Below are positions 12,201-21,627 of a DNA stretch of 64,000 bases, piece after piece (the first letter of the stretch is position 1; each line of letters starts with the position of its first letter). The translations under genes were made by a program, and so were the position numbers. Below the pieces are notes generated by a model. It saw nothing but the letters and a program-made list of their open reading frames with translations. It had not been told where the DNA came from and made no database searches. Origin of the DNA: an uncultured Spirochaetales bacterium (GTDB lineage: Bacteria; Spirochaetota; Spirochaetia; SZUA-6); NCBI GenBank assembly GCA_964596425.1, contig CAZQTC010000023.1:581367-645366 (forward strand). The letters are read 5' to 3'.

Positions 12201-12572
12201 TATATATTTCTCCTTAACAGATTCAATATCGAAATACTCCGTTTGACGAGCCGACTCGATTTTGATTACCCTTCCCTGTTTCTCTATTTCCTCCGGCGTT
12301 TTTATCCCATAGTAGCTTAACAAACGCTTTTCCAAAGTCCTTTTGTCCCCTGTTTCTTTTAGCCCTAACTTATTGCACCACGAAACAAGCTCGTAATAAC
12401 TAGCAGTTCTAATATCTTCAGAGAGAGTTTGCACAATCAGGCTTTTCTCCTCTGGAGGAGAAATTTTCTTATTCGGTTTCTCAAGCTCAAGTGGCACTGA
12501 AAATAAAGAGAGAGGCAAAAGTAATACCAGTATCTCTATAGCTACTGTAAACGGAAAATTTTTAGAAACCAC
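9231..12572 (-). CDS. Large outer-membrane protein, LptD/OstA-like (N-terminal OstA-like region plus long beta-barrel-like C-terminal region)
   Basis: 1113 aa; signal peptide; N-terminal region resembling LptD/OstA; SAP-like motif (YYELVSWCNKLGLKETGDKRTLEKRLLSY); C-terminal region rich in alternating aromatic/polar residues, ends in F; immediately downstream of uvrA. Confidence 0.5.
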   Translation of the reverse strand: MVSKNFPFTVAIEILVLLLPLSLFSVPLELEKPNKKISPPEEKSLIVQTLSEDIRTASYYELVSWCNKLGLKETGDKRTLEKRLLSYYGIKTPEEIEKQGRVIKIESARQTEYFDIESVKEKYITLRGNVVLKMEDKDRGITHLIKADKILFNQSKDLITAEGNLVYKIISNNAEEVFKGESLTFNVNTWEGVFYKGLTEKEVGESKNKFYFYGDEITRSKNDIVIMNNGNITSCSNLEAPHYHIHATKIWLLAPGEWAIQNAVLYIGRIPVMFVPFFFYPGDQLFFHPVIGYRQREGNFIQTTTYLIGRKKQQQNILSFLQLEGGTGGYYEQKLRGLFLRKTRKRVPQVNKDFLKVMLDVYSRLGCFSGIAGSFKNLISFKGGIGVSRDIFYDETTSFYTPYYVNSTGALAEKWNTVNLFGWEVPFRFGLEGKLGITKENFSLSGNFETYSDPSFPEDFYNRSEGFSLDSILNPGQSINNTTLAPRNTLSWFLGAKIDFSKYFSKYMHTKFVKSISLPYLNIKYQLRSKESIQSTLPNVDPMRYFYYPVSFKLPELSMKINGSLLDWSSSTVEAKKPEKIVVGNRNYPGKGLEFDEIESVLNKKTNVKTESQTGQTVKSTVTVEKGIVVPKIMPDVNVREANLVSKISTTYQITPQLTYETMFDTASWQTSSDVDYSILYSTLQTYWNSSLRNDFSLFGNLLGLGNSIILSGVYNSRFNKAADLPISEWNTLLINDYKQRQLNLKDSLGLSFKPFILSEGFKETGISYNLSLLLYTLRYNGVVGNVPMYSGVGVSFTKDFFLTHNISALFKYGVSNDSYSLSLQYNLPPLDQKIITNLNLKNWIFTTTSQAGLSFVEGKEVFDPFVFSEQVDFCKDFSLHSGFTYNLNKENFEQINFEFILYGLSASLLLQYMYPINPYGETVGTERILLPSVVALRYNLPGVSYYFWKNRIKLSFALSTNWHINIQKYSDNNFNFLFKFNLSIYKFLELAFSSESYNRHTYLYIPSMAEGVDMKWVNPLSDLLRSFNFFNIEDRYASSFKIKNLSFRMIHHLHDWDVSVQYSGSPTLKTENDGTRRYVWEPTFSIFVKWNAIPQIKARVEETSTGFDIGGG

Positions 12573-12576
12573 ACTA

Positions 12577-15417
12577 CTATCCTGTCTGACTGGCCGAGCG
12601 TTCTAAAACCCTCTTTAGGTATTTTCCTGTATACGATCTTTCACATATTACAATCTCTTCCGGCGTACCTGTTACTACCACTTCTCCACCATTATCGCCT
12701 CCCTCGGGTCCAAGATCAATAATATAATCGGCCTGCTTTATAACATCGAGGTTATGTTCTATTAATACTACCGTATTTCCACCATCTACAAGCATCTGCA
12801 GTACCTCTAACAGTTTTTTAACATCTGCAAAGTGAAGTCCCGTAGTAGGTTCATCCAATATATAAAAAGTTTTTCCTGTACTCCGTTTAGAAAGTTCCAA
12901 CGATAATTTTACCCTTTGAGCCTCCCCGCCGGAGAGAGTAAGGGCAGATTGTCCCAATTTTATGTAACCCAACCCCACCTCTTTTAAAGTTCTTAATCTC
13001 TTAACTACAGCGGGTATATTCTTAAAGAAATCAAAGGCCTCGTCTACTGTCATTTCCAATACTTCATAAATATTTTTTCCCTTAAACCGAATATCGAGTG
13101 TTTCTCTATTGTATCGCTTTCCCTTGCATACCTCACAGGTTATATACACATCAGGTAAAAAGTGCATTTCAATCTTCTTCGTACCTGCTCCCTGGCAGTT
13201 TTCACATCGCCCCCCTCTTACGTTAAAGGAAAATCTCCCCGGCTTGTAACCCCTTGCCCGCGATTCTGGAAGCGAGGCAAACAACTCACGTATCGGGGTA
13301 AACAATCCAACATAGGTTGCAGGATTTGACCTAGGGGTTCTCCCTATAGGACTCTGATCAATATTGATAACCTTGTCTATATTTTCAACTCCTTCAATTT
13401 TATCATATTTACCCTCCGGAAGGTTACTACCGTTGATTCTATTGGCTAATATCGGGTAGAGGAGATCTGTTAGAAGTGTAGATTTCCCCGAACCGGAAAC
13501 ACCTGTTATGACAATAAATCTCCCAAGGGGGAATTCCACATTTATGTTTTTAAGATTGTGTTCCCTCGCTCCATATAGCACTATACTCTTACCGTTACCT
13601 TTACGCCTCCGAGAGGGAACATCAATTCTCTCCTTTCCGGAGAGATATCTGCCCGTTAGGGAGTTAGGGTTGTTCATTATTTCCTCAACACTCCCCGCAG
13701 CTGTCACCCTGCCCCCATTCACTCCCGCCCCGGGACCCAAATCTATTATGTAATCCGCACTGAGAAGTGTCTGTTCGTCGTGCTCTACGACAATAAGGGT
13801 ATTTCCTATATCCCTCAAGTGTTTAAGTGTATCTAGCAATCGGGTATTATCACGTTGATGGAGACCGATAGTCGGTTCATCAAGTATATATAGTACTCCT
13901 ACAAGAGAGGATCCTATCTGAGTTGCAAGTCTTATCCTCTGAGCCTCTCCCCCGGAGAGGGTAGAGGCCTTTCTTTCGAGAGTTAGATAATCCAAGCCTA
14001 CGCTTACCATAAAGTTCAATCGTGATCTTATCTCTTTCAAAATTTGCCTGGCAATAATAGACTCTGTCTCGCTGAGGGGGAGATTGTTGAAAAAATCCAG
14101 AGCCTCTTTCACTGAAAGAAGGGTAATATCGTAGATACTCTTACCCCCAACAGTAACAGCAAGAGCTTCTGGCCTAAGCCGTTTCCCGTGACAGGCCGGA
14201 CATTCTCTATTTCGCATAAATTGCTCAAGCCATTCCTTTATGCCTACAGAGTTGGTTTCCAAATACCTGCGCCGCAAGTCCTTAAGTATACCGATCCATC
14301 TTCCCCTATACTGATACCTACCTGTTCTGTCTCTACTTATGTGTTCAAAACTTATCTCATCATCACTTCCCCTTAGAAGAATTTCCATTATATCTGGGGG
14401 AAGGTCCTTAAGTGGTGTATCCAGAGAAAAGCCAAAATGTTTTGAAAGAGAGATAAACAGATTCTTATGCCAATTTGACCTTGGATTATACGGAAGGATT
14501 CCCCCCTCGTTAAAGGATAAATTCTTATTGGGCATTATTAAATCTGGATCAAACTCCATAGTTTCCCCCAAACCAGAACATACGGGACATGCACCATAAG
14601 GACTGTTAAAAGAAAAAAGTCTTGGCTGTAAATCCGGAATACTTATTCCACACACAGGACAGGCGTGTCTTTGAGAAAAGAATTTCTCTTCTTCCCCCTC
14701 TGATGTTTTCATATATACCAGAAGTTTTCCACCTGCCACATCAAGGGCGGTTTCCACAGATTCTGCAAGTCTGCTCCTTACCTCAGGTTTTACCACCAAC
14801 CTATCAACGACTATTTCAATGGAGTGTTTTCTGTTCTTATCAAGTTTAATCTCTTCATCAAGGTAAACGATCTTTCCGTCGACTCTTACTCTAACAAATC
14901 CGGCCCTCTTCGCATCCTCGAAAATTTTCTTATGCTCTCCCTTTCTCTCACGTATTACGGGGGCGAGAAGTATTACCCTACTCCCTGTTTTTAGACTCAA
15001 AATTGAATCCACAATCTGGTCAACCGATTGTTCGTTTATTTCTCTACCACACTTGGGACAGTGAGGTTTTCCTATACGGGCAAAGAGCAAACGGAGATAA
15101 TCATAGATTTCAGTTACAGTTCCAACTGTCGACCTAGGATTTCTATGGGTTGTCTTTTGTTCAATAGAAATAGCAGGAGACAACCCTTCTATATAATCGA
15201 CATCCGGTTTTTCTAATCTACCCAAGAACTGACGAGCATAGGAAGATAGAGACTCTACATAGCGCCTCTGACCCTCGGCAAATATTGTATCAAATGCCAG
15301 AGAAGATTTACCAGAACCACTTATTCCAGAAATTACAGTTAATTTATCTCTTGGTATCTCTATATCAATATTTTTAAGATTGTGTTCCCTTGCTCCCTTG
15401 ATTATTATCTTTCTCAT
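12577..15417 (-). CDS. uvrA: Excinuclease ABC subunit A
   Basis: Two ABC ATPase modules ([10 protein letters not shown] and [10 protein letters not shown]), zinc-finger Cys clusters, LSGGEAQR signatures. The ORF extends in-frame to 15519 with a 34-aa K/R-rich leader; [17 protein letters not shown] at 15417 fits canonical UvrA N-termini. Confidence 0.9.
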   Translation of the reverse strand: MRKIIIKGAREHNLKNIDIEIPRDKLTVISGISGSGKSSLAFDTIFAEGQRRYVESLSSYARQFLGRLEKPDVDYIEGLSPAISIEQKTTHRNPRSTVGTVTEIYDYLRLLFARIGKPHCPKCGREINEQSVDQIVDSILSLKTGSRVILLAPVIRERKGEHKKIFEDAKRAGFVRVRVDGKIVYLDEEIKLDKNRKHSIEIVVDRLVVKPEVRSRLAESVETALDVAGGKLLVYMKTSEGEEEKFFSQRHACPVCGISIPDLQPRLFSFNSPYGACPVCSGLGETMEFDPDLIMPNKNLSFNEGGILPYNPRSNWHKNLFISLSKHFGFSLDTPLKDLPPDIMEILLRGSDDEISFEHISRDRTGRYQYRGRWIGILKDLRRRYLETNSVGIKEWLEQFMRNRECPACHGKRLRPEALAVTVGGKSIYDITLLSVKEALDFFNNLPLSETESIIARQILKEIRSRLNFMVSVGLDYLTLERKASTLSGGEAQRIRLATQIGSSLVGVLYILDEPTIGLHQRDNTRLLDTLKHLRDIGNTLIVVEHDEQTLLSADYIIDLGPGAGVNGGRVTAAGSVEEIMNNPNSLTGRYLSGKERIDVPSRRRKGNGKSIVLYGAREHNLKNINVEFPLGRFIVITGVSGSGKSTLLTDLLYPILANRINGSNLPEGKYDKIEGVENIDKVINIDQSPIGRTPRSNPATYVGLFTPIRELFASLPESRARGYKPGRFSFNVRGGRCENCQGAGTKKIEMHFLPDVYITCEVCKGKRYNRETLDIRFKGKNIYEVLEMTVDEAFDFFKNIPAVVKRLRTLKEVGLGYIKLGQSALTLSGGEAQRVKLSLELSKRSTGKTFYILDEPTTGLHFADVKKLLEVLQMLVDGGNTVVLIEHNLDVIKQADYIIDLGPEGGDNGGEVVVTGTPEEIVICERSYTGKYLKRVLERSASQTG

Positions 15418-15643
15418 TAGTTTTCTCGGCCTCTTTATCCGAAGTTTGCGTACTCTCAGCTTCAGAACCTTCTTTAGACTCTGCCACCTCTGAGTTAATC
15501 TTTGTATTTTGTACTTCACTATTAATTCTATTCTTATCTATTGAAGCAATATAGAACACAACAGGTAATAAAATCATTACGAGGAGAGAGACAACCACTA
15601 TCTTCCATTGTCCTAAAATTTCGACAAATATTTGAAGATCCAT
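15374..15643 (-). CDS. Small membrane protein with Ser/Glu/Lys-rich low-complexity tail (hypothetical)
   Basis: Internal Met of the 161-aa ORF ([34 protein letters not shown]...) gives about 89 aa with one TM helix and an acidic tail. The ORF's N-terminal extension overlaps the ispH start and was discarded. Confidence 0.3.
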   Translation of the reverse strand: MDLQIFVEILGQWKIVVVSLLVMILLPVVFYIASIDKNRINSEVQNTKINSEVAESKEGSEAESTQTSDKEAEKTNEKDNNQGSKGTQS

Positions 15644-15727
15644 AGCTATGCCACCTATAGTATAATGTATTATATTATCTTGCAAGTAAAGATTGACATA
15701 ACTACTATCTATAAGAAGAGGTTCATA

Positions 15728-16618
15728 ATGGCATTGGTAATATACGATAGAGATGCGGGAATGTGTACGGGAGTAAAACGTTCTATTGACGGAGCACTTA
15801 AAACAGCTATAAATGTGGGGGGGAGTAAGGAAATTGTCACCTATGGAGAACTGATCCACAATCCTGTTATTATAACAAAATTAAAAAAACGCGGTATAAA
15901 AATTGTAAATACTTTAAACAGAATCACACTCAACAATTTTGTAATAATACGTGCACATGGTATCCCACCAGAGGACGAAAACTATTTCAAAGAGAATGGG
16001 ATTGAATATCTCGACTTGACATGCCCCATTGTAAAATCGATTCACAAAAAAATAACCGACTACAAAGATCGGGGATACAAAATAATGATAGTTGGACACC
16101 CCAAACATCCCGAGACAATAGGCCATATGGGCTACGCTGGCAACGCAGGATTTGTAGTAAGCAACCCTGAAGACCTTAAAATTAATAGTAAAGATCAAGA
16201 CACTCAGTACAGAGGGATAGATTCGAAAACTCTTATCATAGCTCAAACTACAATATCAGAAAAACTATATCAGGAAGTAATAATTGAATCAAAAGCAAAG
16301 GAAAAAGGTGCAACCGTACTGTATACCATTTGCCCTTTCGTTCTTGGGCGTCAAAGATGGATCGATAAAATGTCCCGTGAAAGTGATGCTGCTATTATTA
16401 TCGGAGGCAAAAACAGCAGTAATACGAGAAGATTGTACGAGCTTGCCAAAAGCAACTGTGAAACCTACTGGATAGTCCGACCCGAAGAACTACCCATAAA
16501 CGATCTAAAGAATTACACACAAATAGCCCTAACCGCCGGTGCATCAACGGCCGATGAAACCATCCAAGAGGTATTACACAACTTAAAACAGAGAGGTTTC
16601 CAAATTACCGAGGGATAG
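15728..16618 (+). CDS. ispH: 4-hydroxy-3-methylbut-2-enyl diphosphate reductase
   Basis: IspH/LytB family with conserved Cys ligands (CTGVKRS, CPIV, CPFV); start placed at MALVIYDRD rather than the ORF's upstream Met. Confidence 0.88.
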   Translation: MALVIYDRDAGMCTGVKRSIDGALKTAINVGGSKEIVTYGELIHNPVIITKLKKRGIKIVNTLNRITLNNFVIIRAHGIPPEDENYFKENGIEYLDLTCPIVKSIHKKITDYKDRGYKIMIVGHPKHPETIGHMGYAGNAGFVVSNPEDLKINSKDQDTQYRGIDSKTLIIAQTTISEKLYQEVIIESKAKEKGATVLYTICPFVLGRQRWIDKMSRESDAAIIIGGKNSSNTRRLYELAKSNCETYWIVRPEELPINDLKNYTQIALTAGASTADETIQEVLHNLKQRGFQITEG

Positions 16619-16630
16619 GCTAAAAAATTT

Positions 16631-17098
16631 CTACTGTCCCCTTTCAACTTCTAAAATTTCCACCAAATCAGAGGGCTCCAATCTAAACACAGAGCCTCTG
16701 CCCTCATAAAACCCATGGGCCATAATCATATGAATATTTAAATCGGTATAGGTGATCTCTTTATTTATTCTCAAATTTCTGACTGTTGTATTAGTCTTTG
16801 GAAAAATCCCCGGGTCCCCAAAGGGACAGGGAAGTTTTCCTCTAACGGTATCAACTCTGACTTCAAAGTGGGGCTCAACATTTATAAACTCTCCAAGTCC
16901 TCTAATACCATCATCCCTCAACCTGATCATTTTCTCGGCAATTACCCTATGGCTAACCCCTAATCGCTGGACCTCCGCCTCATCCTCTATAAGTATATCA
17001 ATAAGGTTTCTCTCATCACTACCCAAAAAACCGTCTCGCGTGATTATCCCCGGTTTCATATTACTCTGTGCCCTCTGTAATTGCGGCGACTGCTTCAT
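16631..17098 (-). CDS. Hypothetical protein, last gene of the nqr cluster
   Basis: 155-aa ORF directly downstream of nqrF on the same strand; no recognisable family; alternative start MKPGIIT at Met14. Confidence 0.45.
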   Translation of the reverse strand: MKQSPQLQRAQSNMKPGIITRDGFLGSDERNLIDILIEDEAEVQRLGVSHRVIAEKMIRLRDDGIRGLGEFINVEPHFEVRVDTVRGKLPCPFGDPGIFPKTNTTVRNLRINKEITYTDLNIHMIMAHGFYEGRGSVFRLEPSDLVEILEVERGQ

Positions 17099-17109
17099 TT
17101 TTCTTACTC

Positions 17110-18219
17110 CTAACCAAACTTATCGTAATATATGAGTTCCTCCGGTACACCATTTTCAGTAAGCACTTTAACACACGCCTCAATCATTCCAGGACTTCCA
17201 CAGAGATAGGCCTCCACATTATCACCCGATTCGAGGTATCTATCAACTATATCAGTTATAAGCCCGCTCTCCCCCTTCCAATTATCCTCTGGAAGGGGAG
17301 CAGACAACGAAGGGATAAATTGGAAATTTGGCAATTTGGTTTCCAGCTCTCGCATCTCATCAATATGAAAAAGATCTCTCTTAGTACGAGCCCCAAAGAA
17401 AAACCTTGCCCTCCGATTCACTCTTCGCTCTGCCATATCCCTGAGAATTGATTCTATCGGAGCCATCCCGGAACCTCCGGCTATAAATACTATCTCTCTA
17501 TCCGTATCACGCAGATAAAATTCTCCATAGGGACCATTAAAAAACACCTCGTCTCCCACTTTCAGATACCGGTGGACATAGGTTGTACTTATCCCATTGG
17601 GAACATAACGGATCATCAATTCTATAGCACGGGTATTACTTGGAGATGAAGACATGGAGTATGCCCTGTAAACCGGTTCTCCCGTCAGCTCATAGGACGG
17701 AATCTTTAATTGAATAAATTGACCCGCTTTGTAGTGTATCTCGCGGGGCTCTACAAGCCCAAGGGTTATCCCTTTTATATCATGTGTAAGATCGGCAATC
17801 TTTGTTACCCTGGCCCTAAACTCTTTGACACTAAAGAGCTCTTCCGGTATCTGGATTTCGAGATCGGTCTTTACTTTGATCTGGCAGGAGAGACGAATTC
17901 CATCTGCCTTTTCTTCCTCCGATATCCATGGAAGTTCGGTCGGTAAATATTGACCACCCCCCTTCAGCACTTTAACCTTACACAAACCACACGCCCCTCT
18001 CCCTCCACATGCGGAGGGGATAAAAATTCCCTCCTCCATCAACGTGGAGAGAAGTGGTTTGCCCCCCGTGACTGTTAGTTCTTTATCATTGTTAATCTTT
18101 ATCGTAACTTCCCCGTAATTCGCAATGGTAGCATCGGCAATAACCATAAGAATTGCCAAAACAGTTGAAATCGCTGTTATTGCACCTACGCTAATAAGTA
18201 ATGCGCCTACAGGAAACAT
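17110..18219 (-). CDS. nqrF: Na+-translocating NADH:quinone reductase subunit F (2Fe-2S ferredoxin plus FAD/NAD-binding domains)
   Basis: 369 aa; N-terminal TM helix; 2Fe-2S Cys motif (CGGRGACGLCKV...C); RAYSMSS FAD-binding motif; GGSGMAP NAD(P) motif. Confidence 0.9.
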   Translation of the reverse strand: MFPVGALLISVGAITAISTVLAILMVIADATIANYGEVTIKINNDKELTVTGGKPLLSTLMEEGIFIPSACGGRGACGLCKVKVLKGGGQYLPTELPWISEEEKADGIRLSCQIKVKTDLEIQIPEELFSVKEFRARVTKIADLTHDIKGITLGLVEPREIHYKAGQFIQLKIPSYELTGEPVYRAYSMSSSPSNTRAIELMIRYVPNGISTTYVHRYLKVGDEVFFNGPYGEFYLRDTDREIVFIAGGSGMAPIESILRDMAERRVNRRARFFFGARTKRDLFHIDEMRELETKLPNFQFIPSLSAPLPEDNWKGESGLITDIVDRYLESGDNVEAYLCGSPGMIEACVKVLTENGVPEELIYYDKFG

Positions 18220-18238
18220 ATCTAAAACCCCTAAGAGA

Positions 18239-18832
18239 TCAGCTTATTTTTATCATACCGGTAAATCCAATAAACGCCAGTGCCATCATCCCGGTAACTA
18301 TTAGAGTTATACCGGCACCCTCGAGCCCCCGCGGTATCTTTGCCTTTTTTAACTTCTGACGTATACCCGCCATAGCAAGTATTGCCAAAGCCCATCCGAT
18401 TCCGCTCCCAAATCCGTACATAAAGGAAGCAATAAAATTGTATTGTCTTATCACCATAAAGAGACTAGCTCCAAGGATCGCACAGTTTACAGTAATAAGT
18501 GGTAAAAATATCCCCAGAGCTGCGTACAACCCTTCGGAGACACGTTCTATAATCATCTCCACAATCTGAACAAAGGCAGCGATTACGATAATAAAAACTA
18601 TATAGCGAAGATAGGTCAAATCCAATGGAACAAGTATGTAATAATAAACAAGCCAGTTCAAGGCACTAGTCACAGCCATTACAAATATCACCGCAGCCCC
18701 TAAACCGATTGATGTTTTCATTTCTCTTGAAACAGAGAGGAATGAACACATTCCAAGATAATTCGTAAGAAGAATGTTGTTGGTAAATATTGCCGCAAAA
18801 AAAATGGCAACTGGATAGAAAGAACCACTCAT
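18239..18832 (-). CDS. nqrE: Na+-translocating NADH:quinone reductase subunit E
   Basis: NqrE/RnfA-like polytopic membrane protein; start set at MSGSFYPVAIFF (ATG 18832-18830), sharing one base with the nqrD stop; the ORF's longer N-terminus overlaps nqrD. Confidence 0.85.
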   Translation of the reverse strand: MSGSFYPVAIFFAAIFTNNILLTNYLGMCSFLSVSREMKTSIGLGAAVIFVMAVTSALNWLVYYYILVPLDLTYLRYIVFIIVIAAFVQIVEMIIERVSEGLYAALGIFLPLITVNCAILGASLFMVIRQYNFIASFMYGFGSGIGWALAILAMAGIRQKLKKAKIPRGLEGAGITLIVTGMMALAFIGFTGMIKIS

Positions 18833-19449
18833 TACCTCTTCTCCTCTTTTTTCTCGATAAACACACCACGGACAAACCATATAAATAGGGCAAGCATAAA
18901 AAAGGCCCCTGGTGGCATTATCATGATTGACCAATTTGTCCACCAATTGCCCAAAACTTTCATCCCCCAAATTGTACCGGATCCAAGGAGTTCTCTAAAA
19001 AAGGCCACTATAATTAAAACGTAAGCGTAACCCAATCCAGAAGACAAACCATCAACAATCGATATACCAGGTGGATTGGAGAGAGCAAATGCTTCGGCTC
19101 TTCCCATTATTATACAGTTGGTAATTATCAAACCTACATACGGCCCTAATTGACGGGAAATGTCCGGTACGTAGGCTTTTAAAACTATGTCCACAATAAT
19201 TACATAGGCTGCAATGATTAGGGTCTCTACCATCATTCTAACCCGTGAGGGGATAACATTTCTTATAAGGGACACAGTAAAACTGGAAAGAGCCGTTACA
19301 AATATTAACCCCATAACCATCACAACGGTATTTTTGAGTACATTCGTCACCGCAAGTGTAGAACATATACCAAGAACCTGTACGAAAATCGGGTTATTTG
19401 TCCCAATACCATCAAGGAAAACCCTTCTTACCTTACCCTTTGTAGCCAA
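18832..19449 (-). CDS. nqrD: Na+-translocating NADH:quinone reductase subunit D
   Basis: 205 aa NqrD/RnfE-like (NPIFVQVLGICSTLAVT...). Confidence 0.88.
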   Translation of the reverse strand: MATKGKVRRVFLDGIGTNNPIFVQVLGICSTLAVTNVLKNTVVMVMGLIFVTALSSFTVSLIRNVIPSRVRMMVETLIIAAYVIIVDIVLKAYVPDISRQLGPYVGLIITNCIIMGRAEAFALSNPPGISIVDGLSSGLGYAYVLIIVAFFRELLGSGTIWGMKVLGNWWTNWSIMIMPPGAFFMLALFIWFVRGVFIEKKEEKR

Positions 19450-19485
19450 ATGTTCCTCCCAATTTTAAAGACACTTACTCGCTTC

Positions 19486-20100
19486 CTACTTAACTAAGGT
19501 ACCAATCTTCTGGAATGCTTCATTAACCATATCAAGAACAGCATTAGATGTTATTGATGCCCCTGTAATAGCATCTATTTCATTTTTTCCCTTTGCCGTA
19601 CCCTCAGGAACTAATTTAAAGGGGCCCTCCCTACCTCTAAACTGCTCTTTAAACCAATTCTCAGATATTCGTGCTCCCAGACCCGGTGTTTCGTTTTGCT
19701 TTATAAAATTAATGCCCGTTATCCTCTTCAAATCCTTCGTGAATCCTATAACTGCTTCAATTTCTCCCCACAATCCCGGGCCTTTTACTATAAGGGCATA
19801 TCCCGCAAGCTTATTATCTGTATCAAATACCTTCATATACTTCAATTTCCCGCTGCTATTTACAATCTCTCTTATTCGTTCAGAGTAAAGTTTTTCGACT
19901 TCGGCACCGCTACCATTCTTCGATATTTGGATATCACAGGCGTTCAAAACTGCCCTTTTGATGAAGAGAGTTCTGTTAACAATTATTTTTTCGCGAGTGA
20001 AGAGGTAAATACCAGAGGTAACAGTTATGAAAATAAGAGTCACGACCATCATAAAAACTACCGTATATATTCTTTCCAATCCCTTACTCTTAAATTTCAT
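19486..20100 (-). CDS. nqrC: Na+-translocating NADH:quinone reductase subunit C (FMN-binding)
   Basis: 204 aa; N-terminal TM helix; FMN-attachment region ITGASITS. Confidence 0.85.
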   Translation of the reverse strand: MKFKSKGLERIYTVVFMMVVTLIFITVTSGIYLFTREKIIVNRTLFIKRAVLNACDIQISKNGSGAEVEKLYSERIREIVNSSGKLKYMKVFDTDNKLAGYALIVKGPGLWGEIEAVIGFTKDLKRITGINFIKQNETPGLGARISENWFKEQFRGREGPFKLVPEGTAKGKNEIDAITGASITSNAVLDMVNEAFQKIGTLVK

Positions 20101-21009
20101 TAAATCCTTACCCTCTTCCTCGCACTCTTTACTGTATAATCAATTAAGGGAGCAAACATATTCCCTATCAAAATTGAAAATGTTATCCCCTCAGGCCATA
20201 CAGCAAACAACCTAATCAATACTGTAAGTATACCGATTAGTCCTCCGTAGAGCCATTTCCCCAAATTAGTTGCCTGAGATGCAGAAATCGGATCCGTAGC
20301 CATGAAAACCATTCCGAAGAGAAAACTTCCGGCAAATAGTGCATGAACGGGTTCCGAAGCCCCCTTGACACCAAAAAGCCAAAAGATTGTTTGAAGGGCC
20401 AAAAAACCAATCAAACCGGAGGGGATTATCCTATAACTGGCAGTTTTTCCATACAAGGTAGATACCGGAAATTATAATGAGTAGTGCGCATGTTTCTCCC
20501 ACAGAACCGGCGACGTTTCCCAAAAACAGATTTATAAGTGGCACATCAACTCCTCTAAATAGCAAACGTAGCGGAGTAGCCTGAGTAACAGCATCAGGTG
20601 CAAACCGAAAAAATCCATCTACGGGTTTCATCCATGTTGAAGTCATAGGAACTACAAAACTTACATATATAAAAGCCCTACCCGTTAATGCGGGGTTAAA
20701 AATGTTTCTTCCAAATCCCCCGAAAACCATCTTGCCAAACACTACCCCAAATATTATTCCTACTATCGCTATCCAAATAGGGATCATAGGGGGAAGCGAA
20801 AGGGCAAAGAGTGTATTCGTCACAAAAACAGCGGTAGAAACCTTCTGATTGTACATCCGAACAAATAAATACTCGGCAAGGAAACCAACAACATTCACAA
20901 TAGCCAGAATGAGGAGGGTTCTCCACCCGAAGAAATAGATTGACACTACCACGAGAGGACTGAGGGCATAGAGCATCCGATACATCACGGGCTGCTTCAT
21001 TAAACGCAT
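20100..21009 (-). CDS. nqrB: Na+-translocating NADH:quinone reductase subunit B, interrupted by a 1-nt frameshift
   Basis: Two overlapping ORFs (20431-21009, 20100-20456) together make a full NqrB (…GRNIFNPALTGRAF… / …MATDPISAS…). The junction is the A5 run (plus-strand T5, 20444-20448); removing one base restores IYLVWKTASYRII. Confidence 0.8.
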
Positions 21010-21125
21010 AAAAATATTTTAGCAAAAAGATAATGAAAGTCAACGAATTTTAAACTTAAAGTGAAGTAATCACAAAATAGTATTCATTATAAAACTATAG
21101 CTAACTACGTGGCGTGGAAGAATTT

Positions 21126-21521
21126 TCACTCATTATCTTCCTCTTCAATTTTTTTACCCTCCGAGGCTTCTATGTCTTTGATAATTCTAAGATACTCCTC
21201 TCTGGAAATCTCCCCGTTCGCATACCTCATCTGAGCAATATCTTTTGCCGAATACCTACTTGACCTTCGGCCGAAGGGGTGTTTGCCTGAAAAGAAGTAT
21301 ATACCACCACCTATCAGTAAAAGAATAATAACAAGATCGAAAAAGGGAGACAAAAAACGGAGCGTATCCCATAGGGGGTTAGGACCGAAGAGGGGTGGAG
21401 CCGGTGGACCCCCACCTACCGTACAACTCACAAATGACAATCCTAAAAAAACTACCGATAAACCCTTTACAATTCTAATTATCATCTCAACCATTTCAAA
21501 ACCTACCTTAACGAGCTTCAT
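21126..21521 (-). CDS. Membrane protein with C-terminal SHOCT domain
   Basis: Start at MKLVKV (ATG 21521) with a GGAGG RBS 7 nt upstream; two TM helices, Gly/Pro-rich linker, SHOCT-like C-terminus (AKDIAQMRYANGEISREEYLRIIKDIEA). Confidence 0.55.
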   Translation of the reverse strand: MKLVKVGFEMVEMIIRIVKGLSVVFLGLSFVSCTVGGGPPAPPLFGPNPLWDTLRFLSPFFDLVIILLLIGGGIYFFSGKHPFGRRSSRYSAKDIAQMRYANGEISREEYLRIIKDIEASEGKKIEEEDNE

Positions 21522-21627
21522 AACTACCCCTCCTTCAGGCTCGGATTCTAAAAACTTCGAATCTGACAACTTATCTCATTCTAGGGAGAACTTATTAAGA
21601 AAAATTAAAGGAAACATTAATTCTTTA

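Noticed and set aside
15644-15859. N-terminal extension of the 161-aa ORF
   Set aside because: Overlaps the ispH start and promoter region on the opposite strand and reads as low-complexity sequence; only the internal-Met portion was kept, at low confidence.
20696-21043. 115-aa minus-strand ORF overlapping nqrB
   Set aside because: Alternative frame inside the conserved NqrB coding region; Cys/Phe-rich nonsense translation.
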